The notes under the pieces: generated by a model | Database searches by the model: none | What the model saw: the letters and a program-made list of their open reading frames with translations, nothing else | What the model was told of the DNA's origin: nothing | From: a bacterium | GTDB taxonomy: Bacteria > Patescibacteriota > Dojkabacteria > JAKAPS01 | Reading direction: 5' to 3' | DNA: 62,789 nt | Assembly (NCBI GenBank): GCA_021806925.1 | Contig: JAKAPS010000006.1 | Location: 1-62,789, forward strand | In this document: one piece after another, positions 8,312-18,333 of the stretch | Layout: each line of letters begins with the position of its first letter | How positions within the stretch are numbered: position 1 is the stretch's first letter | Translations under genes and position numbers: made by a program

Positions 8312-10336
8312 ATGGGGAAAAATTTAAAAAATGTTCTTAGAAAAATATCAGGCGTAATCATTACGTCTATTCTCATACTGAATCCCGTGTATCTTAATCT
8401 TGTTACTACTGTTTCTGCTAACCCTCTTCCATATATTGATTACCAGGGAAGGTTGTCTGATTCAAATGGAAATCTTCTAACTGGAAATTATTACATTACT
8501 TTCTGTATTTATTCCGTCTCATCCCCTGCTACAAACTGTACTCCTCCTGCTTCTCCTTCTGGCTCTGGTGGAACTATCTCCACTCTCGGCAGTGCTGTAT
8601 GGGGTGAATACAGATACTTCAGTTCTACTAATTCTCCTTCTAATGAAGTTTTAAATGGTGTATTTAATACTCACCTTGGTAGCCAGTCTGCTCTCCCTAC
8701 TAACCTTTTTAGTGCAAATTCAGATCTATACCTCGGTCTCAATGTATATAACGGTTCATCTTGGGATGGTCAAATGACTCCACTTGAAGAGATAGTATCC
8801 AGTGGATATTCTATAGCTAGCGGTGGACTCACCAGCGGGACTAGTACATACTCTGCAAGTCAAACTCCTGCTGCTAATCAAATCCCTATTCTCGACTCCA
8901 GTGGTAATCTTACTCTCCCTGCTAATCTCAATGTAACTGCTGGCAACACTACTTTCGGCGGTGGAACAAATGTTACTTCTACTGGAAACTTAACCATTGG
9001 TGGAACTAATAGCCTTTACTTTGATACTACAAATTTTAGCATCTACTCGAACGGAACAAACCTATATATCGGACATGGAATGTCATCTACAAGCTATCTC
9101 TACTTGGATGGAAATATTGATTACATAGAAAATGGCGACTTAACTGTGAATGGATTAAGTAACTATATAAACGGGAATGTTTTAACAACAGGAGGATACC
9201 TTAATATGAAGAAAATTGCTAATCCTACAGCAGCACCGACACTTGGTGAAGTATCAACTGTAGGGCTACCAGCTGCTACATATTACGTTGAGTATACATG
9301 GGTAAATGGTGCTGGTGAAACAGGGTCATCCCCTGAAGCATCGTATACAACTGGTATAGGTTACGGATTGACAGTTAGTACTACATTTAGCGGAACTGTA
9401 ACAAGTGCAAATATCTATGTTAGCACAACAAGCGGAAGTGAAACTCTGCAAACTAATCCAATAACAGTCAGCGGTGGAACATGGACTGAACCAAACACTG
9501 GAATTACGAATACTGGAGCTGCTGCCCCTGTAACAAGTACAGCAGGAGGTTATATTACACTATATAATACAACAGGTAATGGAAGTTCAAAAATATTTTC
9601 AACCAGGAATGGATTTAATTTTGTAACTACAACTAACTATTGGTATTTTACTGGTATTGGAACAAATGGAGATACATTTAATATGGATGCAATAAGCGGA
9701 AATATAAACTTAAATGCTGGATCCTACACTTACAATATAAATTCAGGAGGCGTTGTTATAAACTCACCTAGCGGATATGCTGGTGATTTACTTGATGTTA
9801 AAAATAACGGAACTACAGAAATTGCTGTTGCTAATGGAGGTAATGTAACCATAACAAATAATCTTACTGTGAATGGGGTAACAACACTTAGCACTACCAA
9901 TACTGGGAATCTAGCAACAACTGGAAGTTTCCATTTCAGCGGACAAGGAAGTAATACTTGTATAGTTACAAGTAATTATGTATATACATATGCTTCCACA
10001 AATTCCACAGTAAATGTAATGACATGTGCAATAACAATGAGTACAACAAATCCATTACTTGTTACATTCAGAGCGAACTATATTGAGTCAAGCGTAACAT
10101 ACGCTGATGATACATTCTGGTTCTGTGTAGATGGTACAAGCTCAAATTGTACAGAAGAAACTATGTATTCAAATGGATCATCAACATACAATACTGCAAC
10201 TCCTACTATTTCCGAAACATATACAAATGTAGCCGCCGGAGCACATACAATATATCTTGAAATGCTTGGAGGAAACGCAACTAGTGGAACAAGCACTGTG
10301 TATGCTAACCTTCAAATGCAAGTAATGGAACTCTAA
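8312..10336 (+). CDS. Secreted fibre/adhesin-like beta-rich protein, paralog 1
   Basis: Signal-peptide-like N-terminus, YQGRLSD..G..LTG.Y.ITF.IY module, T/G/N/S-rich beta repeats, TYYVEYTWVNGAGET Fn3-like segment. Confidence 0.65.
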   Translation: MGKNLKNVLRKISGVIITSILILNPVYLNLVTTVSANPLPYIDYQGRLSDSNGNLLTGNYYITFCIYSVSSPATNCTPPASPSGSGGTISTLGSAVWGEYRYFSSTNSPSNEVLNGVFNTHLGSQSALPTNLFSANSDLYLGLNVYNGSSWDGQMTPLEEIVSSGYSIASGGLTSGTSTYSASQTPAANQIPILDSSGNLTLPANLNVTAGNTTFGGGTNVTSTGNLTIGGTNSLYFDTTNFSIYSNGTNLYIGHGMSSTSYLYLDGNIDYIENGDLTVNGLSNYINGNVLTTGGYLNMKKIANPTAAPTLGEVSTVGLPAATYYVEYTWVNGAGETGSSPEASYTTGIGYGLTVSTTFSGTVTSANIYVSTTSGSETLQTNPITVSGGTWTEPNTGITNTGAAAPVTSTAGGYITLYNTTGNGSSKIFSTRNGFNFVTTTNYWYFTGIGTNGDTFNMDAISGNINLNAGSYTYNINSGGVVINSPSGYAGDLLDVKNNGTTEIAVANGGNVTITNNLTVNGVTTLSTTNTGNLATTGSFHFSGQGSNTCIVTSNYVYTYASTNSTVNVMTCAITMSTTNPLLVTFRANYIESSVTYADDTFWFCVDGTSSNCTEETMYSNGSSTYNTATPTISETYTNVAAGAHTIYLEMLGGNATSGTSTVYANLQMQVMEL

Positions 10337-10358
10337 TATATATATATATATATATATA
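10337..10358. repeat. (TA)11 dinucleotide microsatellite
   Basis: Perfect TA run starting immediately after the stop codon of 8312..10336. Confidence 0.95.
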
Positions 10359-10456
10359 ACTCAATAAATACGCAATTTATTAAAAGCAAGCAACAAAAAA
10401 GCAACCATTGGTAATGTATTAGGAGTGGTAAAAAAATAATAAGACCCCACATTTTA

Positions 10457-10485
10457 TTTACATACCATAACATAAATGCTAACCT
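10457..10485 (+). promoter_or_regulatory. Putative sigma70 promoter TTTACA-N17-TAACCT for fibre-like paralog 2
   Basis: Duplicate of 8257-8285 with one spacer change. Confidence 0.55.
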
Positions 10486-10511
10486 TGTATTAGTAGACAA
10501 TCGGTTTTGGT

Positions 10512-12572
10512 ATGGGAAGAAATTTAAGAAATATTATTAGAAAAATATCAGGCGTAATTATTACGTCTATTCTAATACTTAACCCCTTGTACCTCAATCT
10601 TGCTGGTAATGTTTCAGCTAACCCTCTTCCATATATTGATTACCAGGGAAGATTATCTGATTCAAATGGAAATCTTCTAACTGGAAACTACTACATTACT
10701 TTCTGTATTTATTCTGTATCCTCCCCTGCTACAAACTGTACTCCTCCTGCCTCTCCTTCTGGCTCTGGTGGAACAATATCTACTCTCGGTAGTGCTGTAT
10801 GGGGTGAATACAGATACTTCAGTTCTACTAATTCTCCTTCTAATGAAGTTTTAAATGGTGTGTTTAATACTCACCTTGGTAGTCAATCTGCTCTTCCCAC
10901 TAACCTCTTTAGTGCAAATTCAGATCTATACCTTGGACTCAATGTATACAATGGTTCTTCATGGGACGGTCAAATGACTCCTCTTGAAGAGATAGTATCC
11001 AGTGGATACTCCATTGCTAGTGGTGGACTTACCAGCGGGACTAGTACATACTCTGCCAGTCAAACTCCTGCTGCTAATCAAATCCCTATTCTTGACTCCA
11101 GCGGAAATCTTACTCTACCTGCTAATCTCAATGTCACTGCTGGGAATACTACATTCGGCGGTGGAAATGTTACTATCACAGGAAGCAATAGTTTATACTT
11201 TTACAATAATTCCTTTGGAATTATGTCGAATGGAACTAATCTATATATTGCAAAATATATACCAACTAATGGAAGCATTTACTTGGATAATAGTACAGAT
11301 TACTTCCAGAATGGAGATCTGACACTAAATGGATTGAATGACTATATAAACGGAGATATATCAGATAGTGGTGGATATATCACAATGCAAAAGGTTATAA
11401 ATCCAACAGCAGCACCTACTCTTGGAGAAGTAGCTGTTAGTGGACTACCTGCTACAACATATTATGTAAAATATACTTGGGTAAATGCTGCTGGTGAAAC
11501 AGGAGCATCTCCTGAAGCATCATATACAACTGGTGCAGGGTATGGATTAACAGCAACTGTAAGCTTTAGCGGAACAATAACAAGTGCAAATATTTATGTT
11601 AGCACAACAAGCGGAAGTGAAACTCTGCAAACTAATCCAATAACCGTCAGCGGTGGAACATGGACTGAACCAAGTACAAACATTACAACCAATGGAGCTT
11701 CAGCACCTACACTTAGCAGTGCAGGAGGATACATTACACTTGATAACACTGCTGGAAATGGAACTTCTAAGATATACACTAACAGATATGGGGTCAATTT
11801 TGAAACTACAAGTAATTATTGGTATTTTGTAGGAAGTGGAACAAATGGAGATACTTTCAATATTGATGCTGCCAGTAACAATGTAAGCTTAAATACAAAT
11901 TCATATACATTCAATATAAATTCAGGAGGTGTTGTTATAAACTCACCTAGCGGATATTCTGGTGATTTACTTGATGTTAAAAATAACGGAACTACAGAAA
12001 TTGCTGTTGCTAATGGAGGTAATGTAACAGTAACAAATAATCTTACTGTAGATGGAGGAATTACTAGTAGCGGATCAGCCCTAATAGGTGGAAATTTAAC
12101 TGCAAATGGAGGTACAACAACTCTCGGTACAACTAATACAGGAAACTTAGCGACAACTGGAAGCTTTAGTTTTAGCGGAAGAGGAAGTAATTATTGTACT
12201 GATACAAGTAGCTTCACATACACATTTAGTTCTACTAACCCCGCAGTAACAGTTATGACATGTTCTTTTACTATGAGTACTACAAATCCTATCCTTGTAT
12301 TATTCAATTCATATTATGCTGTAGCAAGTAATCAATATTCTGATGATATTTTTTACTTTACAGTTGATGGAACTGGTTCAAGTCCTTCTACCAAGGCTTT
12401 ATTTGCAAACTCATCATCTGCTAATCAAGTATTGACGCCAAGCCTATCATTTATTTACACTGGAGTTGGTAGTGGTGCACATGCAGTATATTTAGAAATG
12501 CAGGGATCTGATGTAACAAGCGGAACATCAACCATCTACCCTAACATAACTTTACAAGTAATTGAGTTATAG
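10512..12572 (+). CDS. Secreted fibre/adhesin-like beta-rich protein, paralog 2
   Basis: Residues 34-218 identical to paralog 1; downstream conserved and divergent blocks alternate. Confidence 0.65.
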   Translation: MGRNLRNIIRKISGVIITSILILNPLYLNLAGNVSANPLPYIDYQGRLSDSNGNLLTGNYYITFCIYSVSSPATNCTPPASPSGSGGTISTLGSAVWGEYRYFSSTNSPSNEVLNGVFNTHLGSQSALPTNLFSANSDLYLGLNVYNGSSWDGQMTPLEEIVSSGYSIASGGLTSGTSTYSASQTPAANQIPILDSSGNLTLPANLNVTAGNTTFGGGNVTITGSNSLYFYNNSFGIMSNGTNLYIAKYIPTNGSIYLDNSTDYFQNGDLTLNGLNDYINGDISDSGGYITMQKVINPTAAPTLGEVAVSGLPATTYYVKYTWVNAAGETGASPEASYTTGAGYGLTATVSFSGTITSANIYVSTTSGSETLQTNPITVSGGTWTEPSTNITTNGASAPTLSSAGGYITLDNTAGNGTSKIYTNRYGVNFETTSNYWYFVGSGTNGDTFNIDAASNNVSLNTNSYTFNINSGGVVINSPSGYSGDLLDVKNNGTTEIAVANGGNVTVTNNLTVDGGITSSGSALIGGNLTANGGTTTLGTTNTGNLATTGSFSFSGRGSNYCTDTSSFTYTFSSTNPAVTVMTCSFTMSTTNPILVLFNSYYAVASNQYSDDIFYFTVDGTGSSPSTKALFANSSSANQVLTPSLSFIYTGVGSGAHAVYLEMQGSDVTSGTSTIYPNITLQVIEL

Positions 12573-12582
12573 TTAAATAGCC

Positions 12583-13656
12583 TTATTGTGCCCCGTACTT
12601 CCTTATAACCTTTGATTTATCAAATGTTACTGGCGTTTGTTTAGGTTGTATGTATGTGTCTATAGCTATATTGCAACAATATGGTGTAGTTCCAGTACAC
12701 CAGTTCGTATAATAACCGCCACTTACAACTGAATATTTTTTTCTACCAAATTCATTTGATAGTCTGTTATCTTGATATGCTATTTGACTACAAACTGTCC
12801 ATGACTTTGAACAAAAGCTATCAGAAGAAACATTATTGCAGGTTGGAACATTTCCATCGAGTGTAGATGTATTCCAACTTAAAATTACTTGCCAAAATTT
12901 ATTTGATATTTCACCCCAATCCTTAGAGTAGTGAGGACTCCAACTTGAAGCAATCCAATAATTAAAATTACCAGGTGCAAGTGCAGGAGCTAATAAATAC
13001 GTACTTAGAGTAGGATCTTTTCCAAGAGTGGCAAGTAAATAATCATCATAGCTTCCACCACTAAATATCTGCTTTGTCATCAATTGAGATATAGTAACAT
13101 GTGGAAAATTCTGAGGTAAACCTTCCATTGCAAATACTTCATTCCCAACTTCACTAACTAAGGTAGGGTCATTAGGATTACCAATGGTTTCCCTAAATGC
13201 CTCAGGTAAATTCAATATATTTGGATAAAATTGTTCACCATACCCTATCTGCCAAGATAATGGATAAAAGCATGTTTCATTATCAGGGAAAAAATACCCA
13301 TCACAATTTTGTATCCTTATATCACCATTTATTCCCTCGCTATAACTCCAAGCAACAACAAGACGAGGATCAACATGAGTGTGATGGACTCTGTTATATA
13401 TATCAATACTGTTATTTACATATGGAACCATTGCTTTTAATGAAGCAATAGTGCTGCTTGAAGCAGAGTTACTTAAATAGCTTGGATCATATACGAATCT
13501 ATATGTATACATGTACTGCTCTATTTGGCTATATGTTATTGTATATTTTCCATCAGAATTAGCAATAGCAATTCTTGGGGTTATATAAACTAAGAATATG
13601 AACAAATTAATAACCAATATAAATACAAATACTATAAGGTATCGTAATTTAAACAT
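12583..13656 (-). CDS. Membrane-anchored exported protein, possible lysozyme-like (SLT) fold, Cys-rich C-terminus
   Basis: N-terminal TM/signal; VDPRLVVAWSYSEG resembles the SLT 'DP.L..A....ES' helix; several C-terminal Cys. Confidence 0.4.
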   Translation of the reverse strand: MFKLRYLIVFVFILVINLFIFLVYITPRIAIANSDGKYTITYSQIEQYMYTYRFVYDPSYLSNSASSSTIASLKAMVPYVNNSIDIYNRVHHTHVDPRLVVAWSYSEGINGDIRIQNCDGYFFPDNETCFYPLSWQIGYGEQFYPNILNLPEAFRETIGNPNDPTLVSEVGNEVFAMEGLPQNFPHVTISQLMTKQIFSGGSYDDYLLATLGKDPTLSTYLLAPALAPGNFNYWIASSWSPHYSKDWGEISNKFWQVILSWNTSTLDGNVPTCNNVSSDSFCSKSWTVCSQIAYQDNRLSNEFGRKKYSVVSGGYYTNWCTGTTPYCCNIAIDTYIQPKQTPVTFDKSKVIRKYGAQ

Positions 13657-13724
13657 ATAGAGGGATTATTACATATATATACAAATTTGTAAATATGTGG
13701 CTTCAGTTATATATATACGATTTA

Positions 13725-14972
13725 TTATGTTAAAAGATACTTCCAAAGAGGTATAAAATGAATATTATTTCCACCTTCAGTAACATTTTTTTCTATTGAC
13801 TCTGTAACAACTATTGCTTCATGTGATTGAAAAGATTCTAGTACATTAAATAAATGAGTTGTATTAAAATCATCAATATTATCTATATATTTTGATTCTA
13901 TTAACTGAATTTCATTATTTTGTTTTATCAGAAAATCAATCTCTCTACCTTTGTTATAGAAAAAGTATAAAGAATCCTTATATTTTCTTTGAAGAAAATC
14001 AAAAAGCGTCCTTTCAGCTGCCTGCCCCCTATTCAATTTTCCGCATAAATTAAATAAAAGCCCATTGTCATTAATATAGTATTTTTTGGGGAAATATATT
14101 CTTTCATTTCGTGAAAAAGCGAATCTTTCTAATTCATACATATTAAATGTTTCTTTTAAGGCAGTGATGTACTCACGTACAGTATCTTTAGAGATACCCA
14201 AAATCTTTCCAAGTTTTATTAGACTTGTATGTGAACCTGATCTATCTGCAATAAGTTTTAATAAATCCCTAACAATATCTAAATTACGTATGTTATAGTA
14301 TTCAACAAAATCCTTATAAACGATACTATCAACTAAGTTTGAAAAATAGTCTGGCTCCTGTAATGATATATATTCTGGATATCCTCCTATTTTTAAATAT
14401 TCATCTAGAATATTTATATATCTATATCCTTCATATAATGGTATATCTATATTTTTAAATTCAAGAAATTCTTTAAAGGTAAGAGGAAACATATACATAT
14501 TTGTATGCCTTCCTGTTAAAAAGGCAGTTTTTACATGAATCTTAAATGAGGCTGAGCCAGTAACTATTATATGAACATTTTTTTCTATATCATATATGTT
14601 CTTTAATTCCTGCTCCCAGTTATCCTTGTACTGAACTTCATCTAAAAAGATATATATTTCTTGATCGATGGAAATATTATGAATTTTTCTGTATTCTTGA
14701 AGAATAGTATGTATAGACATATTATTAAATGCAAATGTATCAAGAAGCACATACAGAATATGTGAAACAGGAATCCCTGAATCAATTAATTTATTTATAT
14801 ACTGATATATTAGTGTAGTTTTCCCAACTCTGCGCCCTCCAAGTAGTAAGCATATATTTGAATATTCTAATTTCTTTGTAAGATCTTCTATGTAGCTCTT
14901 TCTTATAACACCAACATCAAGTTTCTTTTTACTAGTCCACCAAGGATTTTGTAATCTTAAAATTTCTTCCAC
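13725..14972 (-). CDS. AAA_14 + DUF4143 ATP-binding protein
   Basis: GGRRVGKT Walker A, IFLDEVQ Walker B, VTGSAS, GGYPE, PKKYYINDNGL, EIDF C-terminal nuclease-like motif; GTG start. Confidence 0.9.
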   Translation of the reverse strand: MEEILRLQNPWWTSKKKLDVGVIRKSYIEDLTKKLEYSNICLLLGGRRVGKTTLIYQYINKLIDSGIPVSHILYVLLDTFAFNNMSIHTILQEYRKIHNISIDQEIYIFLDEVQYKDNWEQELKNIYDIEKNVHIIVTGSASFKIHVKTAFLTGRHTNMYMFPLTFKEFLEFKNIDIPLYEGYRYINILDEYLKIGGYPEYISLQEPDYFSNLVDSIVYKDFVEYYNIRNLDIVRDLLKLIADRSGSHTSLIKLGKILGISKDTVREYITALKETFNMYELERFAFSRNERIYFPKKYYINDNGLLFNLCGKLNRGQAAERTLFDFLQRKYKDSLYFFYNKGREIDFLIKQNNEIQLIESKYIDNIDDFNTTHLFNVLESFQSHEAIVVTESIEKNVTEGGNNIHFIPLWKYLLT

Positions 14973-15180
14973 GTGGATATTATAGCCGAGTTAGCCGAAT
15001 ACTTCAATACCTAGCTATTACAGGTATAATATGCTTTCTATGCTTATAATTCTTTCAGTCTATACTCTAATTTTTTAGAATTACTTTCTCAAAAACATCT
15101 TTTTTTTTGATTATATTTGATATTAGGCATTATCGGGAAAATAGCAAGAATTTAACACAACGGAATGCAATAAAAATAAT

Positions 15181-15255
15181 TGGATCAGGATGGACTTGAA
15201 CCATCGACCCCCGTCTTATAAGGACGATGCTCTAACCGATCTGAGCTACTGATCC
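15181..15255 (-). tRNA. tRNA-Ile, anticodon UAU (CCA not encoded)
   Basis: Reverse complement folds as a cloverleaf: acceptor GGATCAG/CTGATCC, D-arm GCTC/GAGC, anticodon stem TCGTC/GACGG with loop CT-TAT-AA, T-arm GATGG-TTCAAGT-CCATC, discriminator A. Confidence 0.95.
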
Positions 15256-15367
15256 AACAATTTCGTTAGTAATAAAAAGATCTGCCCACAGTTCAAAAAA
15301 TTACTAGCTAGCTTATTGTAGCATATTTTTCAAAATATTTAAAAGTTAGTTATTTAGAAACCTACTA

Positions 15368-17803
15368 TTAAAAGTTAAAACCATCAAATGGATTCTTCTT
15401 TGTACTTGGTGCTTCCTTACCACCTTCTAAAATTGACTTCCTTCTATCTTCCATTTCCTTCTCAACATCTGCAATACTCCTTCCGTACCTTACACTTGAA
15501 AGCTTCTTTATTGAATCCCCAAGTGATATGTTCGGTTCTGGTATTTTCCATGTTGTATCAAGTGAGAATGCAGGTATTGTTTCCCCTTTAGCTATCATCT
15601 TTACATAACAATTCCTATTTTCTAAATTCAACAAATCCTGTTGTTTAAAGGTAGGAGAAAATTCCTTTTCAAGTATTTCAGCATCAGCTGCACCCACCTT
15701 AAAGCTAACTAATGAACCAACATTACCAAACACTGCCTGCCTAATCTGATCAGTCATTTGTGACATATATTGGTTTGCGACTGTTAGATTTAACCTGTAT
15801 TTTCTTGCCTCAGACATGATTTTCATAAAATCATCAGTTGCAAAGTTCTGGAATTCATCAACATAAAGGTAACAATCTTTTCTTTCTTCAATAGGCAATT
15901 TTGCTCTTGTATATGCAGCACTTAAAATTTTAGGGATTAATATTAACCCGAGGAATTGAGAATCCTGCTCACCTAACTTTCCTTTACTTAAATTCATTAT
16001 TAGAATCTTCCTATTGTTCATAATGTCGGAGAAATTGAAAGCAGATTTACTCTGACCTAATATATTTCTCATTGTTTTGTTTGTTACAAATCTATCAAAC
16101 TTTGATGTGAAGTAACCAAGAGTTTCAGATTTATGATAATCAGAAGTCTTAGCTATCTGTTCCGTCCAATATGATCTAACTACATCATCTTTAAGATACT
16201 TAAGCATTTCGTTCAAATATGCTTGATCCAATAAAATCAACTTGAGGACTTCAATTAATGTACTTCCAGGTCGAGCCATTGCAGTTAAAAGAGCATTTCT
16301 TACAACCCTTTCCAGCTGAGGACCAGTAATACCTGTTTTATTTGGATCAAATAATTTTTCTAGTAACGCATAAAAAGCAGATGCAATCTGGTGTTGCTCT
16401 AATTCAGTTTCATTATCAAGAATGTTAAACCCAATAGGTCTTTCTGTATCTCCAGGATCAAAATATATAACATCTTCGGCTCTCTCAGGAGGTATTCTAT
16501 AAATTATATTTTCAGCACTGTCTCCATGTGGGTCAATAAAAATAACGCCCTCTCCATTAGAAATATCTTGAAGAATCATTTTTTCAAGAAGTGTTGATTT
16601 TCCGACACCTGTTCTTCCAACAATATATACATGCCTTGTTCTATCCTCTTTAAGCAAGGCTACTCTTTTTATTATTCCTCTATACACACCATCTCCAATG
16701 TATAGACCTTCAGTTGCAACACCTTCAGGAACTGGTGCCCTCTTTGAGGATAGCCAGTGAAGATTTGGTACATTAACATTTTTATTCGGTAAATGAAATA
16801 TTGAAGCTAACTCTGAAGTATTTAAGACTGATAAATGAGAATTTGGAAGGAATCTAAACAATGGAAGATGCCTGTGCTTGAAAGCAATTATGAAATCCTG
16901 CTTCTCATACCATCTCAATTTTCTTTTCGTAAATTTATTAGCTCCTGGATCCTCAAATTGCTTAAAACTCTCAACAAGAGATTTTAAAATCTTCTTAGCA
17001 TTATCTGCACTTGGTGATGTAGCAACTAACCTAATACAGAAGTTATATCCAAGTTTTGACATTTTTTTATTTATTGCTTCAACCTGTTTTGTATCAGTCT
17101 GTGGTTTAGGATTCTTTTCATCACCAGTTTTTTGCATATCCTTAACCTTAGCCTTACCTTTCTTGACCCATTTTCCATCTGATGGAGAGATTATAAGTTG
17201 CATTGCTGCACCCTCATGTGGAAGTAATCCACTAAGAGATGTAGTAATTGCACTAATTGTGTCTACCTTCATATCTTCATATTCCCTTATTGGGAGGTAG
17301 TCTTTTTTTGCAAGTTTTAGTTCTGCAAATTCAATATTAGTACTTTCCTCAGAAAATATCTTGTATTCCTGATTCTGTATAAGTATTTCAGCCTCAGGAT
17401 ATGCTGCATTTATTTGTTTATTCACTAAATTAACTAATCCATTTGGCATTGAAACATAAAACCTTATTGTCTCTGGAAGCCCTACAATTTCAAAACTAAT
17501 ATAGTCATACTCACCAAAAAATTTGTTTTTAAAACTATGATTTCCAATACCAGCAAGGTTAGCAAATAACTGTTCAGCTGCTTTTATTTCTATTTCATTG
17601 TCTTTAGGAATACTAACCAATTCAAGAACTCTTTTAGCTCTCTTTTTTCTTCTAGTTGTATCATGAACAAGGTAAACGATGTATATAGACAAAAGAATGG
17701 CAACTACAACAATTGCAATAAATAGGACACCATCTATAGCCACTCCGAGCCAGTTAATTATAGATTGTTGTGGTGCATATGCAACTACTTCAGTTGGAAC
17801 CAT
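15368..17803 (-). CDS. VirD4/TraG-like type IV secretion coupling ATPase (TrwB/DUF87 type)
   Basis: N-terminal TM, GRTGVGKS Walker A, FIDPHGD, LYVDEFQNF Walker B, SEARKYRL, ANQY, VFGNVGSLVSFKVG. Confidence 0.88.
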   Translation of the reverse strand: MVPTEVVAYAPQQSIINWLGVAIDGVLFIAIVVVAILLSIYIVYLVHDTTRRKKRAKRVLELVSIPKDNEIEIKAAEQLFANLAGIGNHSFKNKFFGEYDYISFEIVGLPETIRFYVSMPNGLVNLVNKQINAAYPEAEILIQNQEYKIFSEESTNIEFAELKLAKKDYLPIREYEDMKVDTISAITTSLSGLLPHEGAAMQLIISPSDGKWVKKGKAKVKDMQKTGDEKNPKPQTDTKQVEAINKKMSKLGYNFCIRLVATSPSADNAKKILKSLVESFKQFEDPGANKFTKRKLRWYEKQDFIIAFKHRHLPLFRFLPNSHLSVLNTSELASIFHLPNKNVNVPNLHWLSSKRAPVPEGVATEGLYIGDGVYRGIIKRVALLKEDRTRHVYIVGRTGVGKSTLLEKMILQDISNGEGVIFIDPHGDSAENIIYRIPPERAEDVIYFDPGDTERPIGFNILDNETELEQHQIASAFYALLEKLFDPNKTGITGPQLERVVRNALLTAMARPGSTLIEVLKLILLDQAYLNEMLKYLKDDVVRSYWTEQIAKTSDYHKSETLGYFTSKFDRFVTNKTMRNILGQSKSAFNFSDIMNNRKILIMNLSKGKLGEQDSQFLGLILIPKILSAAYTRAKLPIEERKDCYLYVDEFQNFATDDFMKIMSEARKYRLNLTVANQYMSQMTDQIRQAVFGNVGSLVSFKVGAADAEILEKEFSPTFKQQDLLNLENRNCYVKMIAKGETIPAFSLDTTWKIPEPNISLGDSIKKLSSVRYGRSIADVEKEMEDRRKSILEGGKEAPSTKKNPFDGFNF

Positions 17804-17876
17804 TTCAACAAGACATTATACCCCAAAACAGGAAAACAACCAATGTTTATTAAAAAGAATATATGTTTAATAAAGA

Positions 17877-18311
17877 CTAAAATGGCATTTTACCTACAAA
17901 ATTACGTGCATATTTAATATTCTCTTTGTCTATAATACTCTTATGCTTATCATATTTCTTCTTTCCCCTTCCAGCACCAACCTCAATTTTTATTAAATTA
18001 TGTGACAACAATATACTAAGAGGAATAACAACATTCCCTTTTTGCTTTAAATGATTTGCAATTTCCCTTATTTGAGACTTCTTCAACAACAATTTTATAT
18101 TTCTGCTCTGAGCATTATCAGTTATTGCATTTATTAAATAAACTTCGCCATCTAATACTTTCACATATGAATTCTCTATTTTAACTCTCCCCTCTCTAAA
18201 AGCTTTTACCTCAATTCCTTCAAGAATCAAACCACAAAGATATTCTTTAAATATGAAAAAATTAAAATTAGCATATTTATTTCTCTTTATTAATTTTGCG
18301 TTTTGCTTCAT
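17877..18311 (-). CDS. smpB: SsrA-binding protein
   Basis: NKYA.FNF, GLILEGIEVKAFREG, KLLLKKSQI, GRGKKKYDK. Confidence 0.93.
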   Translation of the reverse strand: MKQNAKLIKRNKYANFNFFIFKEYLCGLILEGIEVKAFREGRVKIENSYVKVLDGEVYLINAITDNAQSRNIKLLLKKSQIREIANHLKQKGNVVIPLSILLSHNLIKIEVGAGRGKKKYDKHKSIIDKENIKYARNFVGKMPF

Positions 18312-18333
18312 TAATTAAACTTATTCTACTCTA

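Noticed and set aside
8312-12572. Diversity-generating retroelement TR/VR pair
   Set aside because: No reverse transcriptase in the window; differences are mostly synonymous and not adenine-specific; both copies are intact genes
17804-18333. tmRNA (ssrA) next to smpB
   Set aside because: Flanking spacers are 73 and 22 nt; no tRNA-like ends seen
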